A stretch of 64,000 nucleotides of DNA from Marine Group I thaumarchaeote (GTDB lineage Archaea > Thermoproteota > Nitrososphaeria > Nitrososphaerales > Nitrosopumilaceae), in assembly GCA_044358425.1 (NCBI GenBank), contig CP054849.1:1081446-1145445 (forward strand), read 5' to 3'. Shown piece after piece: positions 8,429-19,098 of the stretch. Every line of letters begins with the position of its first letter. Position 1 is the first letter of the stretch. The notes beneath the pieces were generated by a model. The model was not told the DNA's origin. It worked only from the letters and a program-made list of their open reading frames with translations, and ran no database searches. A program made the position numbers and the translations under genes.

Positions 8429-9667
8429 TTGTCTAAAATTACATCTATTGAAGGACGAGTTTTATTCAATAGTAGAGGCAGCAAAACAATTGAAGTTGAT
8501 GTTAAATCAGATAATAAATTTCTAGGAAGAGTTTGTGCCCCATCGGGTGCAAGTGTAGGAAAATATGAAGCAACAAGTTTTCCCAGTGGCGGTCCAGAAG
8601 AAAGCCTGAAAATACTTACACAAAATTCACAAAAGTTCATTGGTTTAGATTCATCAGATTTGAAAACAATTCATGAAACATTGAAAAGTTTGGACAATAC
8701 CAACAATTATTCAGTTATTGGTGGTGCACTTGCTTTTGCTGTAACAATTGCATCAATGGAATCTGCATCGCAATCATTAGAACAACCGCTATTCAAAACA
8801 TTATCTCCAAATTCAGAAGCTAAATGTCCATTCCCACTAGGAAATATTTTAGGTGGGGGAGCACATGCAGGACCTGGAACTCCAGATATTCAAGAAATTT
8901 TAATTTGTGCAACAGGTTCAAAAACTATTGAAGATGCAATTGAGACAAATCTAGCAGTTCATAAAGAATTGAGAAAAGTTTTGGAAAAAGAGGATCCAAA
9001 CTTCACTAACGGAAGAGGAGATGAAGGAGGATGGGCACCAAAATTAGAAAATCAAAAAGCATTAGAAGTTTCAGCTAAAGCTTGTGAGAATTTAGGCTTC
9101 ACTTTAGGTAAAGAAGTATCATTAGGAGTAGATTTTGCATCATCAACACAATGGAATGAAGAAAAAGGAAAGTACATCTACGATAGAGCTGGATTTGAAA
9201 ATTCAACAGGTGAACAGATTGATTTTGCAGCAGACATTATTGACAAATTTAAATTAATTTATGCTGAAGATGCAGTTCATGAAGAGGCATTTGAAGACAT
9301 GGCAGAATTGACTGCAAAATTTCCAAATACATTGGTTACAGGGGATGACTTGACTGTAACTAGCAAAGATATCCTAACAAAAGCAATTGGTATCAAAGCA
9401 TGTAATGCAGCAATCTTGAAAGTCAACCAAGCAGGCAGTCTGTATGATGCATTAGAATTTGCAGATGTTGCAAATCAAAGCAATGTCAGATTAATCACAT
9501 CACATAGATCTGGGGAATCTACAGATTCACAAATTTCACACATAGGAATTGCAACAAAATCAAAAATGCTCAAAGTAGGCGTGGTAGGAGGCGAAAGAGT
9601 AGCAAAATTGAACGAATTATTGCGTTTATCAGGGCATGATTTTATATGTGGCATGGCGGAGATTTAA
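8429..9667 (+). CDS. eno: Enolase
   Basis: NSRG, PSGAS, GDEGGW, LKVNQ, SHRSGES, ERVAKLNEL motifs. Confidence 0.95.
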   Translation: MSKITSIEGRVLFNSRGSKTIEVDVKSDNKFLGRVCAPSGASVGKYEATSFPSGGPEESLKILTQNSQKFIGLDSSDLKTIHETLKSLDNTNNYSVIGGALAFAVTIASMESASQSLEQPLFKTLSPNSEAKCPFPLGNILGGGAHAGPGTPDIQEILICATGSKTIEDAIETNLAVHKELRKVLEKEDPNFTNGRGDEGGWAPKLENQKALEVSAKACENLGFTLGKEVSLGVDFASSTQWNEEKGKYIYDRAGFENSTGEQIDFAADIIDKFKLIYAEDAVHEEAFEDMAELTAKFPNTLVTGDDLTVTSKDILTKAIGIKACNAAILKVNQAGSLYDALEFADVANQSNVRLITSHRSGESTDSQISHIGIATKSKMLKVGVVGGERVAKLNELLRLSGHDFICGMAEI

Positions 9668-9674
9668 AATCGTC

Positions 9675-10298
9675 ATGAGTGAACAAGAACAAACAGTAGA
9701 CATTAAGAAAAAAGTCATTTCAACTGGGATCAGAGTTGGAACACAAGTAAAGACAAAATTCATGAAACCATTTATCACAAAAGCCAGTCCAGAAGGACTC
9801 TATATGCTAGATATCGATATGACTCTAGCAAAAATAAATACATCCGCTAAATTCATCAACAGACTGGGAGCAGAAAATATCATCGTTTGTTCTAGTAGAC
9901 GATATGCAGAAGTTCCTATCGAAAAATTCTGTGAGATGACAGGAGCTAAAAAATTACTTGGAAGATTCATGCCAGGTACATTGACAAATCCATCATTACC
10001 ATATTACATTGAACCAAAATTAGTTGTTATTTCAGATCCTGAAGTAGATGAACAAGCATTAATTGAAGCAACTAACGCAGGAATTCCAGTAATTGGAATT
10101 GCAAACACAGACAACATCACATCAAAATTAGATATTATCATTCCGGCAAATAATAGAGGAAGAAAAGCACTAGCAACAATTTACTGGTTACTAGTTAGAC
10201 AAATTCTCATTGAAAAAGGAGAGTTAAAAGAAAATGAATCAATGAAATATGAAATTGATGATTTTGAAGCAAAGATTACCGAAGAGGAAATCGAATAA
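9675..10298 (+). CDS. rps2: 30S ribosomal protein S2 (uS2)
   Basis: GRFMPGTLTN, QALIEA, IPANNRGRKA motifs. Confidence 0.96.
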   Translation: MSEQEQTVDIKKKVISTGIRVGTQVKTKFMKPFITKASPEGLYMLDIDMTLAKINTSAKFINRLGAENIIVCSSRRYAEVPIEKFCEMTGAKKLLGRFMPGTLTNPSLPYYIEPKLVVISDPEVDEQALIEATNAGIPVIGIANTDNITSKLDIIIPANNRGRKALATIYWLLVRQILIEKGELKENESMKYEIDDFEAKITEEEIE

Positions 10299-10316
10299 AA
10301 AATTTCAAGTGTTTAA

Positions 10317-11258
10317 TTGAAATCTAAAGCATCAGCTCCAGGAAAAGTTATTCTGTTTGGAGAACATTTTGTTGTTTATGGAATTAAATCAATTTTATGT
10401 TCTATAAACAAAAGGGTTACAGTAACTGCAGAAAAAACTAAGGAAAAGAAAATTTCAATTAATTCAGAAATAGGAAAATTAGTGTTACAACCAAATAAAT
10501 CAATTTCAAAAATTGATTCTCCGTTAAAACCATTTTATTATTTAGCAAATAAAGCAATCAAAGATCAAAAGGAAGGGTTAGAAATTGAAATAAAATCAGA
10601 AATTCCACTTGGTGCAGGATTAGGTTCATCATCAGCATGTTGTGTAGCAGGTGCTGCAGCTATTTTCAAATTATTTGGAAAAATTTCGAAGGAAAAGATA
10701 TTAGAACTTGCTATTGAGGCTGAAAAAACAATTTATGAAAATACATCAGGGGCAGATTGTACAGTTTCCACGTATGGAGGGTTAATGGAATATGACAAGA
10801 ATAATGGATTTAAAAAAATTAAAGATGAACCTAATTTTCAATTAGTTATTGCAAATTCAAACATTGAACATTCAACAGAATCAATGGTTTCAAAAGTGAA
10901 AGAATTTGAAAATAAAAACAAGGAGAAATTTAACGAATTATCAAATTTAGAATCAAAATTAGTAGAAGATGTTTTAAAATTAATTAAAGAAAATAAAATA
11001 AAAGAAATTGGAGAAAAAATAAATCAGAATCAAAAGTTTTTAGAGGAAATTGGAATCTCAAATGAACAATTAGAAAATATGATTAAAATTGGACAAATTT
11101 CATCTTACGGTGCAAAGATAACAGGTTCTGGGGGTGGGGGCTGTATTTTTGCATTAACAAATGAATCTAATTTAGAAAATACATTAAAAGAATTCACAAA
11201 TAAGAAATACGAATGTTTCCCAGCAAAAATAGATTACAAAGGACTGAACACTTTTTAA
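10317..11258 (+). CDS. mvk: Mevalonate kinase
   Basis: APGKVILFGEH, PLGAGLGSSSA, GAKITGSGGGG GHMP-kinase motifs. Confidence 0.95.
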   Translation: MKSKASAPGKVILFGEHFVVYGIKSILCSINKRVTVTAEKTKEKKISINSEIGKLVLQPNKSISKIDSPLKPFYYLANKAIKDQKEGLEIEIKSEIPLGAGLGSSSACCVAGAAAIFKLFGKISKEKILELAIEAEKTIYENTSGADCTVSTYGGLMEYDKNNGFKKIKDEPNFQLVIANSNIEHSTESMVSKVKEFENKNKEKFNELSNLESKLVEDVLKLIKENKIKEIGEKINQNQKFLEEIGISNEQLENMIKIGQISSYGAKITGSGGGGCIFALTNESNLENTLKEFTNKKYECFPAKIDYKGLNTF

Positions 11259-11281
11259 TTGATTAGTTAGTTTGGTACAAC

Positions 11282-12034
11282 ATGATTCTGATAAAATTAG
11301 GCGGATCAATTATTACAAATAAAGAAAAGCCGTTATCAGTAAGAAAAAAAACAATAGATAATTTATCAAAAAGTTTGAAAAAAATTAAAGAACCAATCAT
11401 AATTGTTCACGGAGGCGGATCATATGGACATTATTGGTCTGTAAAATATGATATGCATACCAAAGAAAGAAAATACGATATCAGAGGAGTATCAATTATT
11501 AAAAATTCAATGATTGAATTAAATAAAATTATTTTAGATTCGTTACTAAAAAATAAATTAAATCCATACTCATTACCTCCAACTGATTTTATGTCAGGTA
11601 ATAAACCAATTTCAAAGAAGATCAATGAAGTTAAAAAAATAGCAAAATCAGGCTTAATCCCAGTTACATATGGAGATGCATTATGGTTTGGTCAAAATAA
11701 AACATACATCCTATCAGGAGATAAAATAATGACACATTTTGCAAAAGTTCTAAAACCAAGATTGTGTATTTTTGCATTAAATGAAGATGGACTTTATTCA
11801 GATCTTAAATCAAAAAAAGTAATTTCTGAATTAAGAGGAAGTGTTCCATTAATGTCAGAAAATAAAATGGATGTAACAGGAGGAATGACAAGAAAAGTTG
11901 AAGAAGCAATTAAAATTTCTAAAATGGGTATGAATGTATTTTTTGTAAATGGGAAAAAACCAGAAAGAATTGTAGCAGCTGTTAAAAATAGAGAGTTTAA
12001 AGGAACCATGTTTAGAGGAAAAAGAAATGTCTGA
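11282..12034 (+). CDS. ipk: Isopentenyl phosphate kinase
   Basis: IKLGGSIITNK, HGGGSYGH, SGD, DVTGGM motifs; position in archaeal MVA cluster. Confidence 0.9.
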   Translation: MILIKLGGSIITNKEKPLSVRKKTIDNLSKSLKKIKEPIIIVHGGGSYGHYWSVKYDMHTKERKYDIRGVSIIKNSMIELNKIILDSLLKNKLNPYSLPPTDFMSGNKPISKKINEVKKIAKSGLIPVTYGDALWFGQNKTYILSGDKIMTHFAKVLKPRLCIFALNEDGLYSDLKSKKVISELRGSVPLMSENKMDVTGGMTRKVEEAIKISKMGMNVFFVNGKKPERIVAAVKNREFKGTMFRGKRNV

Positions 12035-12677
12035 AGAATTTGTAATATTAGTGGATGAAAATGATAATCCAATTGGGACAGAAGAAAAAGTAAAATGTCA
12101 TTTACCAAATGGGAAATTACATAGAGCATTTACCGCATTATTATTTGATAGAGATGGAAGGTTGGTATTAACAAAAAGAGCAAAAGAAAAAATGTTATGG
12201 CCAGGAGATTGGGATGGTACATTTGCAAGTCATCCAAGAGAATCAGAAGGATATGTTTCATCAGGTGAAAGAAGAATGCCTGAAGAATTAGGAATTTCTG
12301 GAAAATTAGATTATTTTCATAAATTTGAATATCATGTACCATACAAAGATGTAGGATCTGAAAATGAAGTTTGTGGAACTCTAGTTGGGGTTATTGATAA
12401 AAATACAAAGTTGAAAGAAATAGAAGGCGAAATTGATGAAATTAAATGGATTTCAGCAAAGGAATTAGTTACTGAAATTAAAATAAATCCTCAAATTTAT
12501 TGTCCATGGATGCTAATTGCATTAGAATTACTTGAAAAATCGGATCAATCTATGCTCAAGAAACATGAGAATATCTTATCTGCATGGATGAGCAGTGAAG
12601 TCCATGAAGGGTTACAAGAAGCAATTAAAACCCATATTCCAACAGAAAAATGGAGATTAGTAAATGAAAAAAACTAA
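12027..12677 (+). CDS. idi: Isopentenyl-diphosphate delta-isomerase, type 1 (Nudix fold)
   Basis: LHRAF, KMLWPGDWDGTFASHP, ENEVC, EIDEIKW, CPW motifs. Confidence 0.88.
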   Translation: MSEEFVILVDENDNPIGTEEKVKCHLPNGKLHRAFTALLFDRDGRLVLTKRAKEKMLWPGDWDGTFASHPRESEGYVSSGERRMPEELGISGKLDYFHKFEYHVPYKDVGSENEVCGTLVGVIDKNTKLKEIEGEIDEIKWISAKELVTEIKINPQIYCPWMLIALELLEKSDQSMLKKHENILSAWMSSEVHEGLQEAIKTHIPTEKWRLVNEKN

Positions 12678-13644
12678 ACAAATTGAAAATAATGCTAAAA
12701 TTGTAAACAAATATCTTAATTCAAAATTAAAGGGTAATCCAAAAAAACTCTATGATGCTGCAGGACATCTTATTGTGAATGGTGGAAAAAGACTTAGACC
12801 ATACATGGTAATTAGAAGTTGTCAAATTTTAGGTGGTAAATCATCAACAGCAATGATTGCTGCAAGTGCAGTAGAAATGGTACATAACTTTACGCTAGTA
12901 CATGATGACATTATGGATAATGATGAAATGCGTCATGGAGTTCCAACAGTACATAAAAAATTCGGTATGCCAATTGCAATATTAGCAGGAGACGTATTAT
13001 TTTCAAAAGCATTTCAAATTATTTCAGAATCAAAATTATCACCTAATGCAAATACACATCTGATATCTAGACTTGCAAAAGCTTGTGTAGATGTTTGTGA
13101 AGGTCAATTATTAGATATTAAAATGGCAGATGAAAAAAGGATACCAACCGCAGCAGAATACATTACAATGATAGGCAAAAAAACAGCAGCATTATTTGAT
13201 GTATCATGTGCAATGGGTGCAATTTGTGCAACAAACAAACCAAAAGATATTTCAAATCTTTCAACATTTGGAAGGAATTTAGGAATTGCATTTCAAATTA
13301 CAGATGATTTGATAGGAGTTATGGGAGATCCTAAAGTTACAAAGAAACCAGTAGGAAATGATTTAAGAGAAGGTAAAAAATCTCTTCCAATTTTAATGGC
13401 AATCAAATTAGCAAAAGGCAATGAGAAAAAAATAATTTTAAAAGCATTTGGCAATTCTAAAATTTCAAAGAAGGATCTGAATAGAGCTGTTGAAGTAATT
13501 CGTTCATTAGGTATCGAAGAAAAAGTAAGGAATCAGGCTCTAAAATACGCTGAAAAATCAGAAAAATCACTAACAAAGTACAAAGGAACTGCCAAAGTAG
13601 AATTAGTGGCATTATTAGATTTTGTAGTTAAACGAAGTGTATAG
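12664..13644 (+). CDS. Geranylgeranyl diphosphate synthase (short-chain isoprenyl diphosphate synthase)
   Basis: GGKRLRP, NFTLVHDDIMD with aromatic residue at -5, GQLLD, KT, FQITDD motifs. Confidence 0.92.
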   Translation: MKKTKQIENNAKIVNKYLNSKLKGNPKKLYDAAGHLIVNGGKRLRPYMVIRSCQILGGKSSTAMIAASAVEMVHNFTLVHDDIMDNDEMRHGVPTVHKKFGMPIAILAGDVLFSKAFQIISESKLSPNANTHLISRLAKACVDVCEGQLLDIKMADEKRIPTAAEYITMIGKKTAALFDVSCAMGAICATNKPKDISNLSTFGRNLGIAFQITDDLIGVMGDPKVTKKPVGNDLREGKKSLPILMAIKLAKGNEKKIILKAFGNSKISKKDLNRAVEVIRSLGIEEKVRNQALKYAEKSEKSLTKYKGTAKVELVALLDFVVKRSV

Positions 13645-13664
13645 TTGCAATAGAGAGAGAAACC

Positions 13665-15374
13665 ATGGATGAAGAGATTAAAAAAGAAATTAGAAAAATG
13701 ACTCTTCAAAATGCATTTGATCATGGTGGTGAAACTAAGGATAAAATAATTTTAGGAAAAATTCTTGGAACTAAACCAGAATTTAGAACCAAAGTTAAAG
13801 AAATTTCAATTGAAATTTCAGAAATTGTTTCAAATGTTAATCAATTATCAATAGAAGAACAAAAAAAAGAAATTGAAGAAAAATATCCAGAAATTTTAAC
13901 GCCTAAAGAAAAAATTAAAGAAAGAGAAGGCCTACCAGAATTAAAAAATGCACAACATGGAAATGTTGTTACAAGATTTCCACCAGAACCAAATGGGTAT
14001 CCACACATAGGTCATGCAAAAGCAGCTATCATTAATTCAGAATATGCAAAAATGTATGGAGGAAAATTCATTCTAAGAATGGATGATACAAATCCTGAAG
14101 CTGAAAGAATGGAATATCATGCAGCAATTAAAGTAGGTTTAGAATGGTTAGGAATTGAGTTCGATGTCGTCAAAAGTACTTCAGATGATATGGAAGTATT
14201 TTATGAAAAAGGAATTGAGTTAATTAATTCTGGAAAAGCTTACATTTGTAAATGTAAAAGAGATGACATTAGTAAAAATAGACGGGAGAGAAAAGCATGT
14301 AAATGTAGTAGAGAAGATGTTGAAAAAAATATTAGTAATTGGGAAAAAATGGAAACTAAATTTAATCCGGGTGAAGCAATAGTTAGATTTCGAGGAGACA
14401 TGCAAGCTGATAATGCAGTAATGAGAGACCCAGTTTTATTCAGAATTATTGAAGGAAAACACTACACAGTAGGCGAAAAATATAGGATTTGGCCAAGTTA
14501 TGATTTTGCAGTAGCAATTGAAGATAGTATTGATGGAATTACGCACGCTTTTCGTTCAAAAGAATTTGAGTTGAGAGAGGAGTTGACTGAAGCAATTTTA
14601 GATTCACTAAATATGAGAAAACCACAACAGGGGTTTTTCTCAAGATTGGAATTCAAAGGTATGCCAATTTCAAAAAGAATTATCAAACCACTGATTGAAG
14701 AACGTAAAGTTTCATGGTATGACGATCCAAGATTACCAACCTTAGAGGCATTAAAGAAAAGAGGAATCAAACCAGAGGCAATTAGAAAATTTATCATGTC
14801 ATTAGGTTTAACCAAAGCAAATACTTTAGCACCTTTTGATTCTCTTGAAGCATTTAACAGAAAATTTGTTGATGAAAGTAGCATTAGATTGTATATGATT
14901 ACTAGTCCAAGAAAATTATCGGTAAAAAAGTTTACAATTACATCTGTTGAGATTTCAAATCATCCAGTAAATGATTTGGGTAAACGTAACATTGAGGTTG
15001 ATGGAAATTTTTACATTTCTGGAGAAGATGCAGAAAATCTCAAAGAGGGAGAACAGGTTAGACTTTTAGGATTAGGAAATATTTTGATTACAAAATACGG
15101 AGAAGAATTAGAAGGGGAATATGTTAAAGATGGAGATATTACAAATATTCCAAAGATACAATGGGTTTCACAAAAAACAGGGCATAAAATTAAAATTATT
15201 ATTCCAAAAATATTGTTTATTGATGAAAAGTTTAATGAAGAGAGTCTAGAAGAACTTGATGCTTACTGTGAACCACATTACTTACAATTAAAAGAAGGCG
15301 AAGAAATACAATTTATTAGATTTGGATACTGTAGAAAAGATTCACAAAATCAAGCAATTTTTACACATAAGTGA
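13665..15374 (+). CDS. gltX: Glutamate--tRNA ligase (archaeal, probably non-discriminating)
   Basis: TRFPPEPNGYPHIGH, RMDDTNP, QFIRFGY motifs. Confidence 0.95.
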   Translation: MDEEIKKEIRKMTLQNAFDHGGETKDKIILGKILGTKPEFRTKVKEISIEISEIVSNVNQLSIEEQKKEIEEKYPEILTPKEKIKEREGLPELKNAQHGNVVTRFPPEPNGYPHIGHAKAAIINSEYAKMYGGKFILRMDDTNPEAERMEYHAAIKVGLEWLGIEFDVVKSTSDDMEVFYEKGIELINSGKAYICKCKRDDISKNRRERKACKCSREDVEKNISNWEKMETKFNPGEAIVRFRGDMQADNAVMRDPVLFRIIEGKHYTVGEKYRIWPSYDFAVAIEDSIDGITHAFRSKEFELREELTEAILDSLNMRKPQQGFFSRLEFKGMPISKRIIKPLIEERKVSWYDDPRLPTLEALKKRGIKPEAIRKFIMSLGLTKANTLAPFDSLEAFNRKFVDESSIRLYMITSPRKLSVKKFTITSVEISNHPVNDLGKRNIEVDGNFYISGEDAENLKEGEQVRLLGLGNILITKYGEELEGEYVKDGDITNIPKIQWVSQKTGHKIKIIIPKILFIDEKFNEESLEELDAYCEPHYLQLKEGEEIQFIRFGYCRKDSQNQAIFTHK

Positions 15375-15380
15375 TGCAAT

Positions 15381-16250
15381 ATGAGAATAGTTAGAGTAAC
15401 AGACGGGACTAATGAGACATATGGTTTTGTTAAAGGCGATAAAATAGCAATTAAAAGTGAAATTACAGAATTAACAGGCGTACCAATTCCCATTAATGTA
15501 AAAGATTTCTTATTTGATGGGTGGTATGAAGAAATTAAGAATAAAACTAATGAATTAGAATACAGAGAAGACATTTCAAAATACAAATTATTAGCACCCA
15601 TTCCAAATCCAAATAAAATAATCTGCTTAGCATTCAATTATGTGGATCATGCAAAAGAACAAGGATTACAAGCACCAGATGATCCAGCACTAGTAATAAA
15701 ACCTAGAACAGCATTAAATCATACAAAATCAGACATTGTTTGTCCAGACTTTGTTACTCAACTAGATTATGAAATAGAATTAGCACTAATTATTAGAAAA
15801 GATTGTAAAAATGTCAGTATTGAAAATGCTTCAGAAATGATCTTTGGTTATATGATTTTCAATGATGTTTCAGCAAGAGATATTCAAAATAAAGATAAAC
15901 AATTTACAAGAGGAAAAGGATTTGATTCGTTTGCACCATGTGGACCATGGATAACAACAGCTGATGAAATACAAAATCCACAAAATCTAAAAATGATAAC
16001 GAAAGTAAATGGGGAAATTAGACAAAATTCATCAACAAGTAATATGTTTATTAAAATTCCAGAGATAATTTCAAAAATTACTAAAGTAATGACATTACAA
16101 AAAGGAGACATAATTTCAACAGGTACACCTGCAGGTGTAATGCTAAACAAACCAAATGCAGTATACCTAAAAGATGGGGATCAAATTGAAATGGAAATTG
16201 AAGGTTTAGGAACACTAAACAATACGATTAAAGTCATTAAATCAAATTAA
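15381..16250 (+). CDS. Fumarylacetoacetate hydrolase family protein
   Basis: NYVDHAKE, DYEIEL, NDVSARD, GDIISTGTPAGV motifs. Confidence 0.92.
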   Translation: MRIVRVTDGTNETYGFVKGDKIAIKSEITELTGVPIPINVKDFLFDGWYEEIKNKTNELEYREDISKYKLLAPIPNPNKIICLAFNYVDHAKEQGLQAPDDPALVIKPRTALNHTKSDIVCPDFVTQLDYEIELALIIRKDCKNVSIENASEMIFGYMIFNDVSARDIQNKDKQFTRGKGFDSFAPCGPWITTADEIQNPQNLKMITKVNGEIRQNSSTSNMFIKIPEIISKITKVMTLQKGDIISTGTPAGVMLNKPNAVYLKDGDQIEMEIEGLGTLNNTIKVIKSN

Positions 16251-17026
16251 TGTAAAGATTTTTTCATTAAATAAAACGATATTTTGTAGTCTAAAGCATC
16301 AGAAAATTCTAATTTTTGATTAGTCAAAATTTGAATTCGTTCATAATTATTTTCAAATGCAAAATTTTGCAGATAAAACAAAACATTAGATAAAGTATCA
16401 AATGAGCCTGAAGATAGTGTAACAATTAGCGTATTATCAATATGTTTGTAATTTCCAATTATTGCAGTAGTTTTTTTTCTATTTAAATTGGATTGAATAA
16501 TTTTATTTTGACAAGATAGATCAGTCAAAATTTGCTTTGTAGTTTTAATCCATCTCCATGAATCAACATAAAAAGTAAAAATTTCACTGCCTACAGATTT
16601 TTCAAATTCAATTTTAAAATTTGAATTTTTTTTAGGGTTTAATGAATAATAATTCCATGTTTCAAGAGTATCATAGTTTAATGAAGTAGCCATAGAAATT
16701 GAATTTTTATTTTCGGTGTCTATTAACATGTAAGAAAATAATTTTTGGTGTTTTTTTCCAATTGATTCTGCATAAGTCACAAGTTTGGATGCAATCCTTT
16801 CTCTGCGATGTTTGGGATCTATACGAATACCCTCTATCCATATCTGATTTTCAGAATAAAATGCATGACATATTCCAACTGGAGATTTTTTTTCAAATAA
16901 AAATAAATTTCCTTCATCAATCCAAGAGGACCAAACTTTTTCGATATAATCACCCCAAGAAAATGTATTTTTACAAAATTTTAATACAGAATTTTTATCA
17001 GAAATATTTGCTTCTCTAATTTGCAT
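16247..17026 (-). CDS. GNAT family N-acetyltransferase
   Basis: WGDYI, WIEGIRIDPKHRRERIAS acetyl-CoA-binding motif A. Confidence 0.8.
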   Translation of the reverse strand: MQIREANISDKNSVLKFCKNTFSWGDYIEKVWSSWIDEGNLFLFEKKSPVGICHAFYSENQIWIEGIRIDPKHRRERIASKLVTYAESIGKKHQKLFSYMLIDTENKNSISMATSLNYDTLETWNYYSLNPKKNSNFKIEFEKSVGSEIFTFYVDSWRWIKTTKQILTDLSCQNKIIQSNLNRKKTTAIIGNYKHIDNTLIVTLSSGSFDTLSNVLFYLQNFAFENNYERIQILTNQKLEFSDALDYKISFYLMKKSLH

Positions 17027-17065
17027 ATACGAAAAAATATTAAGAATAATCAAATAAAAAGGCTC

Positions 17066-17374
17066 ATGGGAAAAATAATTGCAGGAAAGACATCAGATAT
17101 ACCTCCTGGAAAAATGATAAAAGTTTCAATAGATGGTAGAGACATCTTAGTAGCAAATATTGATGGTGAATATTTTGCTACAGATGATTCATGTACTCAT
17201 TCAGGCTCTAGCTTATCAGAAGGAAAATTAGATGGATGTGTAATTACGTGTGGGTGGCATGCAGCAGAATTTGATTGTAAAGATGGTAAATTTTTAAAAT
17301 TTCCAATGAAATTAAGAGATTTAACATCATACAGTGTAGTAGTCGAATCTGATAGTGTATTTGTAGAGCTATAA
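17066..17374 (+). CDS. Rieske [2Fe-2S] ferredoxin
   Basis: CTH...CGWH ligands. Confidence 0.93.
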   Translation: MGKIIAGKTSDIPPGKMIKVSIDGRDILVANIDGEYFATDDSCTHSGSSLSEGKLDGCVITCGWHAAEFDCKDGKFLKFPMKLRDLTSYSVVVESDSVFVEL

Positions 17375-17409
17375 CTATATGTGCTAATTTTTAAGAAAAT
17401 ATGTTAAAG

Positions 17410-17679
17410 ATGGCAGATGAAACTCAAAATAAACAGGCAATGAAAGAGGCTATTGATACACTAAACCTAATAATTTCAACAAATTCAACTCCAAAAACAA
17501 TAAAGAAGTCAATTACTGATCTTGTTGCAGATTTAGTTAAAGAAGAATATTCATTATCAGTTAGAGCTGCAAATACAATTAGCTTATTAGATGATGTTAC
17601 ACAAGATCCAAACATGCCATCATATGTAAGGACTCAATTATGGCAAGCCGTATCAAAATTAGAAAGCATAAGAGAATAA
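17410..17679 (+). CDS. UPF0147 family archaeal protein
   Basis: TPKTIK, LDDVTQDPNMPSYVRTQLWQAVSKLE signature. Confidence 0.88.
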   Translation: MADETQNKQAMKEAIDTLNLIISTNSTPKTIKKSITDLVADLVKEEYSLSVRAANTISLLDDVTQDPNMPSYVRTQLWQAVSKLESIRE

Positions 17680-17704
17680 ATTCTTGTTTGAATTAGTATA
17701 ATTA

Positions 17705-18463
17705 TTGAAGTTTGAAGAATATTTAGACACACTTCCAAAAAATGTTCTTAGTGGAGAAGATGTTCAATTACCTGAAAAAACATTCAGAGAAATTTTTAAA
17801 TTTGCTGCCCTGGGAAAAGAAGATACATTTTACCACCTAGGTTGTCATGATGAAAAAGGAATAGAAATAGCAAATAAAGAATTCAATGTTAAAAAAGCAA
17901 TAGGTATCGACAATAATCCTGAAAAAATCAAAAATGGAAAAAATAACGTTAATGAAAAAAAGATTGATGTGGAATTAATTTATCAAAATATACAAGAAGC
18001 AGATTTGTCAGATGCAACTGTGATATTATTTTGGTTTACAGATGAAGAAATAATTAATGAGATGACCCAAAAATTTAAAGAATTGAAACCAGAAACAAAA
18101 ATAATTACAATCTGGGGACCACTACCAAATTATCTTCCTGAGAAAGTAAATTTCCCATATATAATAAATAAAATACCATTTCAAAAAGCAAAAAATTTGC
18201 AAGAGCAATTATTAGCAGTTTTTGGAGTTAAATGCATAGATTTTGTAACGGCATGGGAATTTGCAGAAAGATACACTAAATCCATGTCAGGTTCAGAAAT
18301 AAAAAATGATAGATTTCTTACAATTCTTCAAACATTGATAATTTGGATTAATGCTAAAGAGTTAGGTGTAACATGTACTGAAGAAATACCAGAATCAATT
18401 AGAACGTATATTGGAATAATGAAAATGCATTTTGATATTGATTTTGAGTATTTACTAAAATAA
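17705..18463 (+). CDS. SAM-dependent methyltransferase-fold protein with degenerate motif I
   Basis: FYHLGC, AIGID, DLSDATVI pattern of class I methyltransferases. Confidence 0.7.
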   Translation: MKFEEYLDTLPKNVLSGEDVQLPEKTFREIFKFAALGKEDTFYHLGCHDEKGIEIANKEFNVKKAIGIDNNPEKIKNGKNNVNEKKIDVELIYQNIQEADLSDATVILFWFTDEEIINEMTQKFKELKPETKIITIWGPLPNYLPEKVNFPYIINKIPFQKAKNLQEQLLAVFGVKCIDFVTAWEFAERYTKSMSGSEIKNDRFLTILQTLIIWINAKELGVTCTEEIPESIRTYIGIMKMHFDIDFEYLLK

Positions 18464-18503
18464 TGAGTGTAAGCCTTTTATTTTGTATGTCCATGAAAAA
18501 ATT

Positions 18504-18851
18504 ATGGAAAGCAGACTAAACATCAATGTATCTGCAATAGATTACGACAAAACAAGTAAAGCATTAACACAACAACTTAGATTTTTAGAAGAAATGGTTC
18601 ACGGAGAAGATGACTTTGTTATGACAGATTCAGAATTTGCATTTGGATGGCATTTTTTTGTACTTAGTGTAAATAGGACATTAATTCAAAAATTGGAATC
18701 AATGATGGGTGATGACTTTGGAAAATTGAAAGGTAAAACAACAGATAAAAAATTTCTTACATGGCTAACAAATAAAGTTGAAAAGAAATCACCTAGATTC
18801 AAAGTTGCCATTAAAGAAGAGATGGAATCAAGTAAGTTCGGAATATTTTAA
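18504..18851 (+). CDS. Conserved hypothetical protein
   Basis: Clean ORF with host codon bias; no recognised motif. Confidence 0.7.
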   Translation: MESRLNINVSAIDYDKTSKALTQQLRFLEEMVHGEDDFVMTDSEFAFGWHFFVLSVNRTLIQKLESMMGDDFGKLKGKTTDKKFLTWLTNKVEKKSPRFKVAIKEEMESSKFGIF

Positions 18852-18862
18852 AATAAAAAGAG

Positions 18863-18935
18863 GGCCCTCGAGGGGAATCGAACTCCTGTCCGAGGATCCA
18901 CAATCCTCTATACTAACCACTGTACTACGAGGGCC
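18863..18935 (-). tRNA. tRNA-His (GTG) with genomically encoded G-1
   Basis: G-GCCCTCG...CGAGGGC-C acceptor; anticodon arm GAGGA-TTGTGGA-TCCTC. Confidence 0.94.
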
Positions 18936-19098
18936 ACAAAAAAATTAATTTTTTCATCCTGTAATAATCTTTAACATTGAATGAAGGTAAGAATAATCAA
19001 GAATTAATAAAAAATTAGCCTCAAATTGGAATTAAATATTATTTGTGAATAAGAAGTAACGATCGCTTTAAATTTGAAGAATCTGGGTATTTTTCACC

